From Syntrophorhabdaceae bacterium (GTDB lineage Bacteria > Desulfobacterota > Syntrophorhabdia > Syntrophorhabdales > Syntrophorhabdaceae), in contig OY762209.1 in assembly GCA_963665295.1 (NCBI GenBank), forward strand, positions 1,408,001 through 1,472,000: DNA of 64,000 bases. Reading direction: 5' to 3'. Under the pieces are notes generated by a model, which saw nothing but the letters and a program-made list of their open reading frames with translations, made no database searches and was not told the DNA's origin. Of the stretch, positions 1 through 8,186 are shown in pieces. Position numbers and translations under genes: made by a program. The stretch's first letter is position 1. The number at the start of each line of letters is the position of its first letter.

Positions 1-114
1 GTATTCAAAACTCGCAGTGTGATTGCCGATGACCAGGACGGCCATTATGATTCTCAAAAACTCTATTACGATATTTCTATTTGTGTACGGTGTTATCTTC
101 TTAACTTCCTGCAT
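1..114 (-). CDS. Acyltransferase-3 (OafA-like) family protein, N-terminal part; runs off the window edge
   Basis: Manual translation from ATG at 114 gives MQEVKKITPYTNRNIVIEFLRIIMAVLVIGNHTASFEY. RNxxIExLRxxxxxLVIxxH is the typical start of this family. An in-frame ATG at 141 is an alternative start. Not in the ORF track. Confidence 0.6.
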   Translation of the reverse strand, partial: MQEVKKITPYTNRNIVIEFLRIIMAVLVIGNHTASFEY

Positions 115-389
115 GGTATGTACCCTGTCTCCGGTCTGCATCTTAGCTCAGTTCGGCCATTTTTGCAAGGGCCATGCCTTCTTCGGATGGACAAAGGGCG
201 ACCTTGACCGGCACCCTTCTCCGGTATGCAGAATGGGCTCAAAGCCCGTTTTCCCCCAGGCTTTTGCGCGTGCGTCTCAAGAGGTTGTGTTGCCGCCCGC
301 CCATGCCTATTTTATGTATTGACCATTTCATGGGGTCGTTTATAATATCAGACCATGAGGGCACCAAAAATACATTTCAGGAGGTTCAC

Positions 390-794
390 ATGACCACCGC
401 TCTTGAGTATCTGAAAATCAATCCTGTATTTCACATTGCCACTGTTGACGGCACGAAGGCCAGGGTCCGCCCCTTCGGTTTCAGCATGGGGAGAAACGGC
501 GCCCTGTATTTCTGCACCAACAAGACCAAAGACGTGTACAAACAACTGGTTCAGAATCCTGAAATCGAGATTTCCGACATGGGAAAAGACGGAACATGGC
601 TCCGGGTAAGAGGCAGGATCGCATTTGATGAGACCCGGGACGCAAAGGTTCAGGCCTTCGGGGAGTCGGCCAACCTCAGTAAGGTCTATCCCAAAGGGGC
701 GGATGACGAAACCTTTGTAACCTTTTACTTTACCGAGGCCGCGGCAACATTGTTCTCCTTTACGGAAGCCCCCAAGGACATACCTCTCCTTTAG
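390..794 (+). CDS. Pyridoxamine 5'-phosphate oxidase-like FMN-binding protein
   Basis: GGAGG precedes ATG at 390. Motifs IATVDGTKARVRPF, LYFCTNKTKDVYKQLVQNPEIEI and WLRVRG. Confidence 0.85.
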   Translation: MTTALEYLKINPVFHIATVDGTKARVRPFGFSMGRNGALYFCTNKTKDVYKQLVQNPEIEISDMGKDGTWLRVRGRIAFDETRDAKVQAFGESANLSKVYPKGADDETFVTFYFTEAAATLFSFTEAPKDIPLL

Positions 795-1108
795 GAACAC
801 CCTGTCTTAAACAGGCAAAAGGCGGACCTTCACTTCCGGAAAGCGGCCGGAGTGCGGAGGTCCGCATAGTGTCTGGAAACATTCAATCGCAAGGTCCGGA
901 AATATTACTCACGGCAAACAAAGGGCGCAGGTCGCAACGGCGATGCGTTGCTGCCGCCCGTTGCTCCGGAAAAGTATCCTTTTTTCATACCGTTTAGGAA
1001 CATTATGGTTGCAAAGTCAACAGAATAAAGAGAAAATGAATTGAGTGAACCTTGGGAAGAGAATGACATCCCACGATTTGACGCCATGACGAAGAGAAAC
1101 CGGGAGAG

Positions 1109-4100
1109 ATGAGGCGGGTATTGGACATTCCGGGAGCCATGTTCCTGTGCTCCCTCACGATTTTCCTTTTGTGTTCCCTCGGGTCGCTTGCGGAAGCCAT
1201 GACGGACCTCGGGGCCATGGGAGGAGACCACAGCGAAGCCACTGCCATCAACAGCGCGGGACAGGTGGTGGGGTATTTCTCCTCAGGCCGTTATAACCAT
1301 GCCTTTCTTTACGACCACGGGACCATGACCGACATCGGAACCCTGCCGGGCGGGGACAGCAGTGCGGCCACCGCCATCAACAGCGCGGGACAGGTGGTGG
1401 GGAATTCCGACTATGGATCCGGCCATTGGTGTGCCTTTCTCTACAAGAGCGGATACATACAGGACCTCCGCTACACGGGGGGTCACCTCGGTTCCGCCGC
1501 GGGCATCAATAGATCGGGTCAGGTGGCGGGGCTTGACTACACTCCCTATGAACATGCCTTTATCTACAGGGCCGGAAACATGACCGACCTCGGAACCCTG
1601 GGAGGAAAACGGAGCTATGCCGCGGGCATCAACGATGCGGGACAGGTGGCGGGATACTCCGACACACCGTCCGGCGACCGCCACGCCTTTCTCTACAACA
1701 ATGGAAACATGACCGACCTCGGAACCCTCGGCGGAAACAACAGTTATGCTACGGGCATCAATAAATGGGGACAGGTGGCGGGGTACTCCGAAACGTCATC
1801 CGGCAACCATCACGCTTTTCTCTACAACAACGGGACAATGACCGACCTCGGGACCCTCGGAGGAGGCAACAGCACGGCCACCGGTGTCAACGAGTCGTTA
1901 CAGGTGGTGGGGTATTCCGACACGCCGTCCGGGAACACCCGTGCCTTTCTCTACCGCGACGGACACATGATCGACCTCGGGACCCTCGGCGGAGAGAATA
2001 GCTATGCCACGGGCATCAACGACGCGGGTCAGGTGGTGGGGGGCGCTGAAACTTCATCCGGCGCTACCCATGCTTTCCTGTCGGAAAGCCCCTCATTCCT
2101 CACCGTCACCAAGGCCGGGAACGGTTTTGGAGCCGTTACTTCCTCTCCCGCCGGTATCTCCTGCGGTTCGGCCTGTTTCGCCTGTTTCGCCCCAGGGGAC
2201 AGTATCACCCTCACCGCCGTGCCGGAAATAGGCTCCAGGTTCACGAAGTGGTCGGGAGGGAAGTGCACGGGTAAGGGCGCATGCACCATCAAGATGCCCG
2301 CCGACGATGTTGCCGTGGAGGCCACATTCACGCACACCACCTACGTGCTGACCGCGACGAGAACGGGCACGGGCTCAGGGACCCTCTCCGCAACGGGCCT
2401 TACCTGCGTCGGCACGAGTTGTTCGGGAACCTATGACTGCGATACACCGGTGACCATAACCGCAGAGGCAGGCGCGGGTTCCACTTTTACGGGCTGGACG
2501 GGCTGTGATTCGACCTCGGGGAACTCCTGCAAGGTCACCATGACGGGCAACAAATCCGTAAACGCCGACTTCACCCTGAATACCTTCACCCTGACTGCAA
2601 CAAAAACCGGCACTGGCTCAGGGACCCTCTCCGCAACGGGCCTTACCTGCAACGGGGCTACCTGCACAGGGAAATACCCCTATAATTCCTCCGTAACCAT
2701 AACCGCCGCCCCGGCGACGGGTTCCACTTTCGGCGCATGGACGGGCTGCGCCACCTCTTCGGGGACTGCCTGCACGGTTACCATGAGCGTAGCCAGATCG
2801 GTCTCCGCGAGCTTCACCTCGAATGCCTACACCCTGACTGCAACAAGAACGGGCGCAGGCACCGGCACCCTCTCCGCAACGGGCCTTACCTGTAACGGCG
2901 CTACCTGCACGGGGGCGTACCCCTATAATACTTCCGTGACCATAACCGCCGCCCCGGCCACGGGTTCCACCTTGGGCACCTGGACGGGCTGTGATTCAAG
3001 CTCGGGAACTACCTGCACGGTTACCATGAGCGCAGCCAGATCGGTCTCCGCGAGCTTCACCTCGAATACCTACACCCTGACTGCAACAAGAACGGGCACG
3101 GGCACCGGGACCCTCTCCGCAACAGGGCTTACCTGTAACGGCGCTACCTGTACAGGGACATATCCCTATAATACCTCCGTGACCATAACCGCGGCCCCGG
3201 CCACGGGTTCCACCTTTGGCACCTGGACGGGCTGTGATTCAAGTTCAGGAAATTCGTGTAAGGTTACCATGAGCGCAGCCAGATCGGTCTCCGCGAGTTT
3301 CGTTGTGCGTACCTACGCGGTGTCCGCCTCTGCTCCAGGCGGTCACGGCTCAGTGAGCCCCGGCGTTCAGACGGTGAATTACGGCGCGTCATCTGCCGTC
3401 ACCATCGTCCCCGATAAGGGCTACCACATAGACTCCATTACGGATAACGGCCGGTCGGCGGCAATCGCCAACCCTTATGTCATAAATAATGTAGTTGCCG
3501 ACCATGTCATAGCGGTTACCTTCGGCACGACCTACACCCTCTCCCTGCAACCCGGTGGCGGGGGCGTCGGCACGGTCACGAGCAGCCCCAAAGGGATCAA
3601 CTGCGGGAGCACCTGCACCTATGATTTCAAATCGGGCACGAAGGTGACCTTGACCGCCAAACCCGTGGGTAACGCCGCCTTCACAGGCTGGTCGGGGGGA
3701 GGCTGCCAAGGTACGGGCGCGTGCACGGTAACCATGCTGAACGATACGAACGTGACCGCCGGCTTTGCGCCCCCCGCAACCATCACAATCGATCCCACGG
3801 GTCAGGGCGACGGCACCGTCACGAGCAGTCCAACCGGTATCAACTGCGGCAGTACATGCAGCGCGGCATTCAAGATGAACTCCAGGGTAACCCTCACGGC
3901 AAGGCCCGGGGCAAACTCATACTTCACCGGATGGACCGGCCCCTGTTCGGCAGGCAAGACCACCTGCACGATTACCGTCGCCGGCGCGACTACGATAGGC
4001 GCGAACTTTTCCTCCGATCCGAAGATTTCCGTCACCCCTTCCTCCAAGGACTTCGGCAAAGTCTCTCTGAATAAGAGAAAGAATCAGACTTTTACGGTAA

Positions 4101-4375
4101 AGAACGTGGGAAAGGGAACCCTGTCTCCGTCATCAATCAACATAACGGGAAGCCCCTTCTTCACCATGAGCGCCAACGGATGCGGCAATGCGGACCTGAA
4201 GCCGAATAAGACCTGTACCTTTACAATAGTCTTTAAGCCCCTCAACCCGGCCCCTGCTCCCGGAGCGGTTTCCATCTCCTCCAACGATCCGGCGACCCCC
4301 GTTTTCATCATACCTGTCGCGGGAAATGCCGGTGGTACGGGCAGCGCGCCGGAGGAGGACGCACCCGATTCCTGA
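1109..4375 (+). CDS. Exported protein: HAF-family extracellular repeats + InlB-B-repeat-like modules + C-terminal Ig-like (choice-of-anchor D-like) domain
   Basis: Hydrophobic N-terminus. About 7 repeats of MTDLGTLGGxxSxAxGINxxGQVxGxS...HAFLY, then Cys-containing modules (GTVTSSPxGINCGSTC...FTGWxGxC...CTVTM), then ISVTPSSKDFGKV...TFTVKNVGKG. Confidence 0.85.
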   Translation: MRRVLDIPGAMFLCSLTIFLLCSLGSLAEAMTDLGAMGGDHSEATAINSAGQVVGYFSSGRYNHAFLYDHGTMTDIGTLPGGDSSAATAINSAGQVVGNSDYGSGHWCAFLYKSGYIQDLRYTGGHLGSAAGINRSGQVAGLDYTPYEHAFIYRAGNMTDLGTLGGKRSYAAGINDAGQVAGYSDTPSGDRHAFLYNNGNMTDLGTLGGNNSYATGINKWGQVAGYSETSSGNHHAFLYNNGTMTDLGTLGGGNSTATGVNESLQVVGYSDTPSGNTRAFLYRDGHMIDLGTLGGENSYATGINDAGQVVGGAETSSGATHAFLSESPSFLTVTKAGNGFGAVTSSPAGISCGSACFACFAPGDSITLTAVPEIGSRFTKWSGGKCTGKGACTIKMPADDVAVEATFTHTTYVLTATRTGTGSGTLSATGLTCVGTSCSGTYDCDTPVTITAEAGAGSTFTGWTGCDSTSGNSCKVTMTGNKSVNADFTLNTFTLTATKTGTGSGTLSATGLTCNGATCTGKYPYNSSVTITAAPATGSTFGAWTGCATSSGTACTVTMSVARSVSASFTSNAYTLTATRTGAGTGTLSATGLTCNGATCTGAYPYNTSVTITAAPATGSTLGTWTGCDSSSGTTCTVTMSAARSVSASFTSNTYTLTATRTGTGTGTLSATGLTCNGATCTGTYPYNTSVTITAAPATGSTFGTWTGCDSSSGNSCKVTMSAARSVSASFVVRTYAVSASAPGGHGSVSPGVQTVNYGASSAVTIVPDKGYHIDSITDNGRSAAIANPYVINNVVADHVIAVTFGTTYTLSLQPGGGGVGTVTSSPKGINCGSTCTYDFKSGTKVTLTAKPVGNAAFTGWSGGGCQGTGACTVTMLNDTNVTAGFAPPATITIDPTGQGDGTVTSSPTGINCGSTCSAAFKMNSRVTLTARPGANSYFTGWTGPCSAGKTTCTITVAGATTIGANFSSDPKISVTPSSKDFGKVSLNKRKNQTFTVKNVGKGTLSPSSINITGSPFFTMSANGCGNADLKPNKTCTFTIVFKPLNPAPAPGAVSISSNDPATPVFIIPVAGNAGGTGSAPEEDAPDS
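2341..3301 (+). repeat. Four tandem ~243-bp (81-aa) coding repeats
   Basis: Unit (Y/F)xLTAT(R/K)TGxGxGTLSATGLTC... recurs at about 2341, 2584, 2827 and 3070 with high nucleotide similarity. Confidence 0.9.
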
Positions 4376-4420
4376 ACCCCTGTCCCGGCAATGCATAAGG
4401 ATACGGGTTTGACCCCCATA

Positions 4421-4558
4421 TTACTGCTTGCTTTGCACCACCGTGAAGACTTTCTTCTGTTTGGGGTCTCCGGTGAGGGTTATGTTGATCTTGCCCGTCC
4501 TCCTGGCGCCCGGCGCCTTCGGGATCACCGAATAGGACACTTCTCCCGTTCCCGTGCC
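4421..4558 (-). pseudogene. Detached 3'-end fragment of a C1A/BACON gene; direct repeat of 8187..8324
   Basis: 138 bp with 8 mismatches to 8187..8324 by eye. Encodes GTGTGEVSYSVIPKAPGARRTGKINITLTGDPKQKKVFTVVQSKQ* and is preceded in frame by TGA. Confidence 0.85.
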
Positions 4559-4579
4559 TCATGTCTCCCGAAAAATGGA

Positions 4580-4608
4580 TTGACAGGCATTTACATAGTC
4601 GCTACAAT
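4580..4608 (+). promoter_or_regulatory. Sigma70-type promoter upstream of 4865..8080
   Basis: TTGACA-17 bp-TACAAT. Confidence 0.65.
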
Positions 4609-4864
4609 TGTCACGTTATCGGGCCCCCGCGTGCGGTTTGCAGCTCCCGGGTGGGAAGGGGAAGAAGCAAATGGGCCTCATTCAGGGCATTTTTTCTTCT
4701 GTCTCTTTTTCGGGCTCACCATGGCGGAGTGGAATGGTCCGTTCAGGAGGGGTGCGTTCGCCGGGCATCAGAAAGGAAAACCCCGGGAGAAACTCAAAAT
4801 AAACATGACATGAAAACGGGCCTTCCATAAGCGAGCACGACTTTGTTGCGGAAAAGGAGGAGGA

Positions 4865-7800
4865 ATGATACCACCGCTCCCAGCGTGGAAGACCATGCAC
4901 AGGGTAAGCAGATTTGCGTCACAATGGGTGATGGTGTTCTTCTGTGTCTTCCTGTTCCATCTCCTCGCCCTCCCGGTTCACCCGGCCCCAACCGGTGCAG
5001 CCGCGGGGAAGGTCAACACAGGAGGTCAACCAGGGACTTTCTCTTCCAGTCGAATCTCTTCTTTCAGGATCGACACCGATCCCCTTGCCCAGTGGGTCGT
5101 GAGAAACAAGGCAATGCCTGCTGACGCTAATTTGGAGAGTGTAGCCTACGGTAATGGACTCTTCGTGGCAGTGGGCAACCCCCAGGTTAGCTCTTCCTGC
5201 CCCATATACACTTCTCCCGATGGCATCGTATGGACCCAGCAGACACTGCCGGCCAAAACTCTGGAGACGCTCGAACGATTCTTCGGCGTCACTTACGGTA
5301 ATGGACTTTTCGTGGCAGTGGGAGCGTCCAGGACCGGCGCAGACGACTTAGTGTTGGTGCCCACGATCTTCACCTCACCGGATGGGGCCACATGGACCCA
5401 GAGGACCGCACCCGTGGAAGCGGGGTTACTTAGCAGGCTCTACGGCGTGACCCACGGCAACGGAACCTTCGTCGCGGTGGGGCATTATTTTACCGATGAT
5501 ACGATGGCAACCTCTTCCCCGGTTGTTCTCACCTCACCGGATGGGGTCACATGGACCCGGAGAACTCCGCCGGGCGGGAACAGGGCCCTGGCGGGCGCCG
5601 GTTACGGCAACGGAACTTTCGTGGCAGTGGGGTATGACCGTTCCATAAAACTCTGGGAGCCCGATGTCCCTGTCCTCCTCACTTCCCCTGATGGCGAGAC
5701 GTGGACCCAACAGACGGTACCGCCTCAAATAGGCGGGGTGCTGAACGGCCTCAGCAGCGTTACCTACGGCAACGGGCTTTTCGTGGCAGCGGGGTATAAT
5801 TATGACAATGTGTCTGGTAGAACCGTTCCCACCATATTCACTTCCCCTAATGGCGCCGCATGGACCCAGAGGACGCTCCCGACCATCCAAACCGGGGCGG
5901 TCCTCCGTAGCGTCACCTACGGCAACGGAGTCTTCGCAGCAGTGGGAGGCAATGATTATTATGGGGGATTTGTCCCTATTGTCCTTTTCTCGCCTAATGG
6001 CGCCACATGGACCCAGGTTACAATGACGGATCAAAGGCGGCCGCTCTCCGGGATCACCTATGGCAACGACATGTTCGTCGCAGTCGGGGGTGTCGACGCA
6101 TACGACAATCCCGTACCCGCCGTATTGACTTCGCCCGACGGCAGTGCGTGGACCTGGAGGACCTCGGCGGCTCAGAACGGAACGCTCCTCGGGATCACCT
6201 ATGGCAACGATATGTTCGTCGCAGTGGGGGAATCTGATTACGGCTATGCCATACTCGCCTCATCCGACGGCATCACGTGGACCCCGGGGACACAACCGTA
6301 TCAACACGGCTACACCAATGGGCTCGGCAGCGTCACCTACGGTAATGGAACCTTCGCGGCAGCGGGATTTAACTACCATGACACAGCCCAGGTATATACC
6401 CCCGTTGCCTTTTCCTCGTCCGACGGCATCAATTGGACTCAGGGGACGCTCCCCGCTCTGGTACAAACCGGGGCGCTCAACGGCGTCACCTACGGCAACG
6501 GAATTTTCGTAGCAGCGGGGTATAGCCATACTACCACGCCTCACGTATATACCCCCGTTGCCCTTTCCTCGTCCGACGGCATCAATTGGACCCAGGCGAC
6601 GCTCCCTGCGCAAACCGGGGCGCTCTACGGCGTCACTTACGGCAACAATATGTTCGCAGCAGTCGGTGATGCCGTATTCACCTCGCCTGACGGAAACACA
6701 TGGACCAGGAGGGCCGGCAAGACTTTCTACGGCGTCACCTATGGCAACGGAATGTTCGTGGCGGCCGGCGCCAACATATTCACCTCATCCGACGGCATCA
6801 AATGGACCCAGAGGACGACCAGCAAGAGCAAGCAGAGGCTTACGAGCGTCACCTACGGCAACGGAAGCTTCGTGGCAGTGGGGTGGGATGATTACCCGTA
6901 CATCCCCATTGTCCTCTTTTCGTCCGACGGCATCACATGGACCCGGAAAACCTCGCCCGTGGCAGCGGGACTGCTGAGCGGGGGGCTCTTCTGTGTGACC
7001 AATGGCAACGGAACGTTCGTGGCGGTGGGAGACGAGGGCGTCATCATCCAGTCCCAGTCGGGCGGTTCCGAATACACGCTTTTCGTCGCCCGGTCGGGCG
7101 CAGGCAGCGGCGCTGTCGTAAGCTCCCCTGACGGCATCAACTGCGGGAGTACCTGCTCCGCTCCCTTCGCAAAAAGCAGCTCCGCGACTCTCACGGCAAC
7201 AGCCGCATCAGGGTCTACCTTCAAGTCCTGGTCCGGCTGCACCTCTTCGTCGGGCAATATCTGCATTGTTACCATGGACCAGACAAAGACGGTGACCGCC
7301 ACATTCATCATCGCCAACCCCATGAAGCTCACTGTCGCCAAGGTAAAGCAGAACGGCGGGGACGGGACCGTCGTGAGCTCCCCTGACGGCATCAACTGCG
7401 GGAGTATCTGCTCAGCCCCCTATGCCCCGGGCGCCCAAGTGACCCTCACGGCAAGCGCCGATGCAGGTTCCGTTTTTACCTCCTGGTCCGGCTGCGCTTC
7501 TTCCTCGGATACCCTCTGTACCGTTACCATGGACAAGGCAAAAACCGTAAAGGCGGGCTTCGCGGGACCCCAGACCCTCACCGTGAAGAACGCTTCCGTA
7601 AACAAAGGTTCGGGCACAGTAATGAGCGACCCTGCGGGCATTAACTGTGCATCAGGTTCCTGCAAGGGAACCTTCGCATATAATACAGAGGTGACCCTCA
7701 CGGCAAGCGCCGATGCAGGTTCCGTTTTTACCTCCTGGTCCGGCTGCGCTTCTTCCTCGGATACCCTCTGTACCGTTACCATGGACAAGGCAAAAACCGT

Positions 7801-8080
7801 AAAGGCGGGCTTCGCGGGACCCCAGACCCTCACCGTGAAGAACGCTTCCGTAAACAAAGGTTCGGGCACAGTAATGAGCGACCCCGGCGACATCAACTGC
7901 ACCTCCGGGTCCACGGGGATCTGCAAGGCGTCACTCCCTTATAATACCGGCGTAACCCTCACCGCGGTCCCTGACAGCGGCTCGTCTGTCGCGAGTTGGT
8001 CGGTTCCCGGGTGTAACGGCGCCACGTGCGTAGTCACCATGACGAAAGCACTGAGCATTACCGTGAAGTTCAAAAAGTAG
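4865..8080 (+). CDS. Exported beta-propeller (BNR/WD40-YVTN-like repeat) protein with C-terminal InlB-B-repeat-like modules
   Basis: Signal-like N-terminus. About 12 repeats of LxxVTYGNGxFVAVG...TSxDGxTWT and four Cys-containing SSPDGINCGSTC-type modules. AGGAGG upstream. Confidence 0.85.
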   Translation: MIPPLPAWKTMHRVSRFASQWVMVFFCVFLFHLLALPVHPAPTGAAAGKVNTGGQPGTFSSSRISSFRIDTDPLAQWVVRNKAMPADANLESVAYGNGLFVAVGNPQVSSSCPIYTSPDGIVWTQQTLPAKTLETLERFFGVTYGNGLFVAVGASRTGADDLVLVPTIFTSPDGATWTQRTAPVEAGLLSRLYGVTHGNGTFVAVGHYFTDDTMATSSPVVLTSPDGVTWTRRTPPGGNRALAGAGYGNGTFVAVGYDRSIKLWEPDVPVLLTSPDGETWTQQTVPPQIGGVLNGLSSVTYGNGLFVAAGYNYDNVSGRTVPTIFTSPNGAAWTQRTLPTIQTGAVLRSVTYGNGVFAAVGGNDYYGGFVPIVLFSPNGATWTQVTMTDQRRPLSGITYGNDMFVAVGGVDAYDNPVPAVLTSPDGSAWTWRTSAAQNGTLLGITYGNDMFVAVGESDYGYAILASSDGITWTPGTQPYQHGYTNGLGSVTYGNGTFAAAGFNYHDTAQVYTPVAFSSSDGINWTQGTLPALVQTGALNGVTYGNGIFVAAGYSHTTTPHVYTPVALSSSDGINWTQATLPAQTGALYGVTYGNNMFAAVGDAVFTSPDGNTWTRRAGKTFYGVTYGNGMFVAAGANIFTSSDGIKWTQRTTSKSKQRLTSVTYGNGSFVAVGWDDYPYIPIVLFSSDGITWTRKTSPVAAGLLSGGLFCVTNGNGTFVAVGDEGVIIQSQSGGSEYTLFVARSGAGSGAVVSSPDGINCGSTCSAPFAKSSSATLTATAASGSTFKSWSGCTSSSGNICIVTMDQTKTVTATFIIANPMKLTVAKVKQNGGDGTVVSSPDGINCGSICSAPYAPGAQVTLTASADAGSVFTSWSGCASSSDTLCTVTMDKAKTVKAGFAGPQTLTVKNASVNKGSGTVMSDPAGINCASGSCKGTFAYNTEVTLTASADAGSVFTSWSGCASSSDTLCTVTMDKAKTVKAGFAGPQTLTVKNASVNKGSGTVMSDPGDINCTSGSTGICKASLPYNTGVTLTAVPDSGSSVASWSVPGCNGATCVVTMTKALSITVKFKK
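7439..7884 (+). repeat. Near-perfect internal duplication, 252-bp period
   Basis: 7439..7632 reads identically to 7691..7884 (VTLTASADAGSVFTSWSGC...GTVMSDP). Confidence 0.9.
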
Positions 8081-8186
8081 GGCGGGGGCCCCTTCGTTTA
8101 GCGAAATATGTTCTAGAGGCCCCAGGATAAATTCCATGGGGCCCTATCGTGGTCCGTGTGAGACGGGGAAGGTTGTTCTTCGGCCT

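Noticed and set aside
23..322. Plus-strand 99-aa ORF and the 174 start for the PNPOx-like gene
   Set aside because: The first is antisense to the acyltransferase start; the real start with an RBS for the second is ATG 390.
820..965. Two GC-rich hairpins downstream of the 390..794 gene
   Set aside because: Imperfect, no U-tract and no riboswitch consensus I can support; at most terminator-like.
1200..7030. Regularly spaced DNA repeats that could look like a CRISPR array or DGR template
   Set aside because: They are degenerate in-frame protein repeats; no cas or reverse transcriptase gene and no adenine-specific mismatch pattern.
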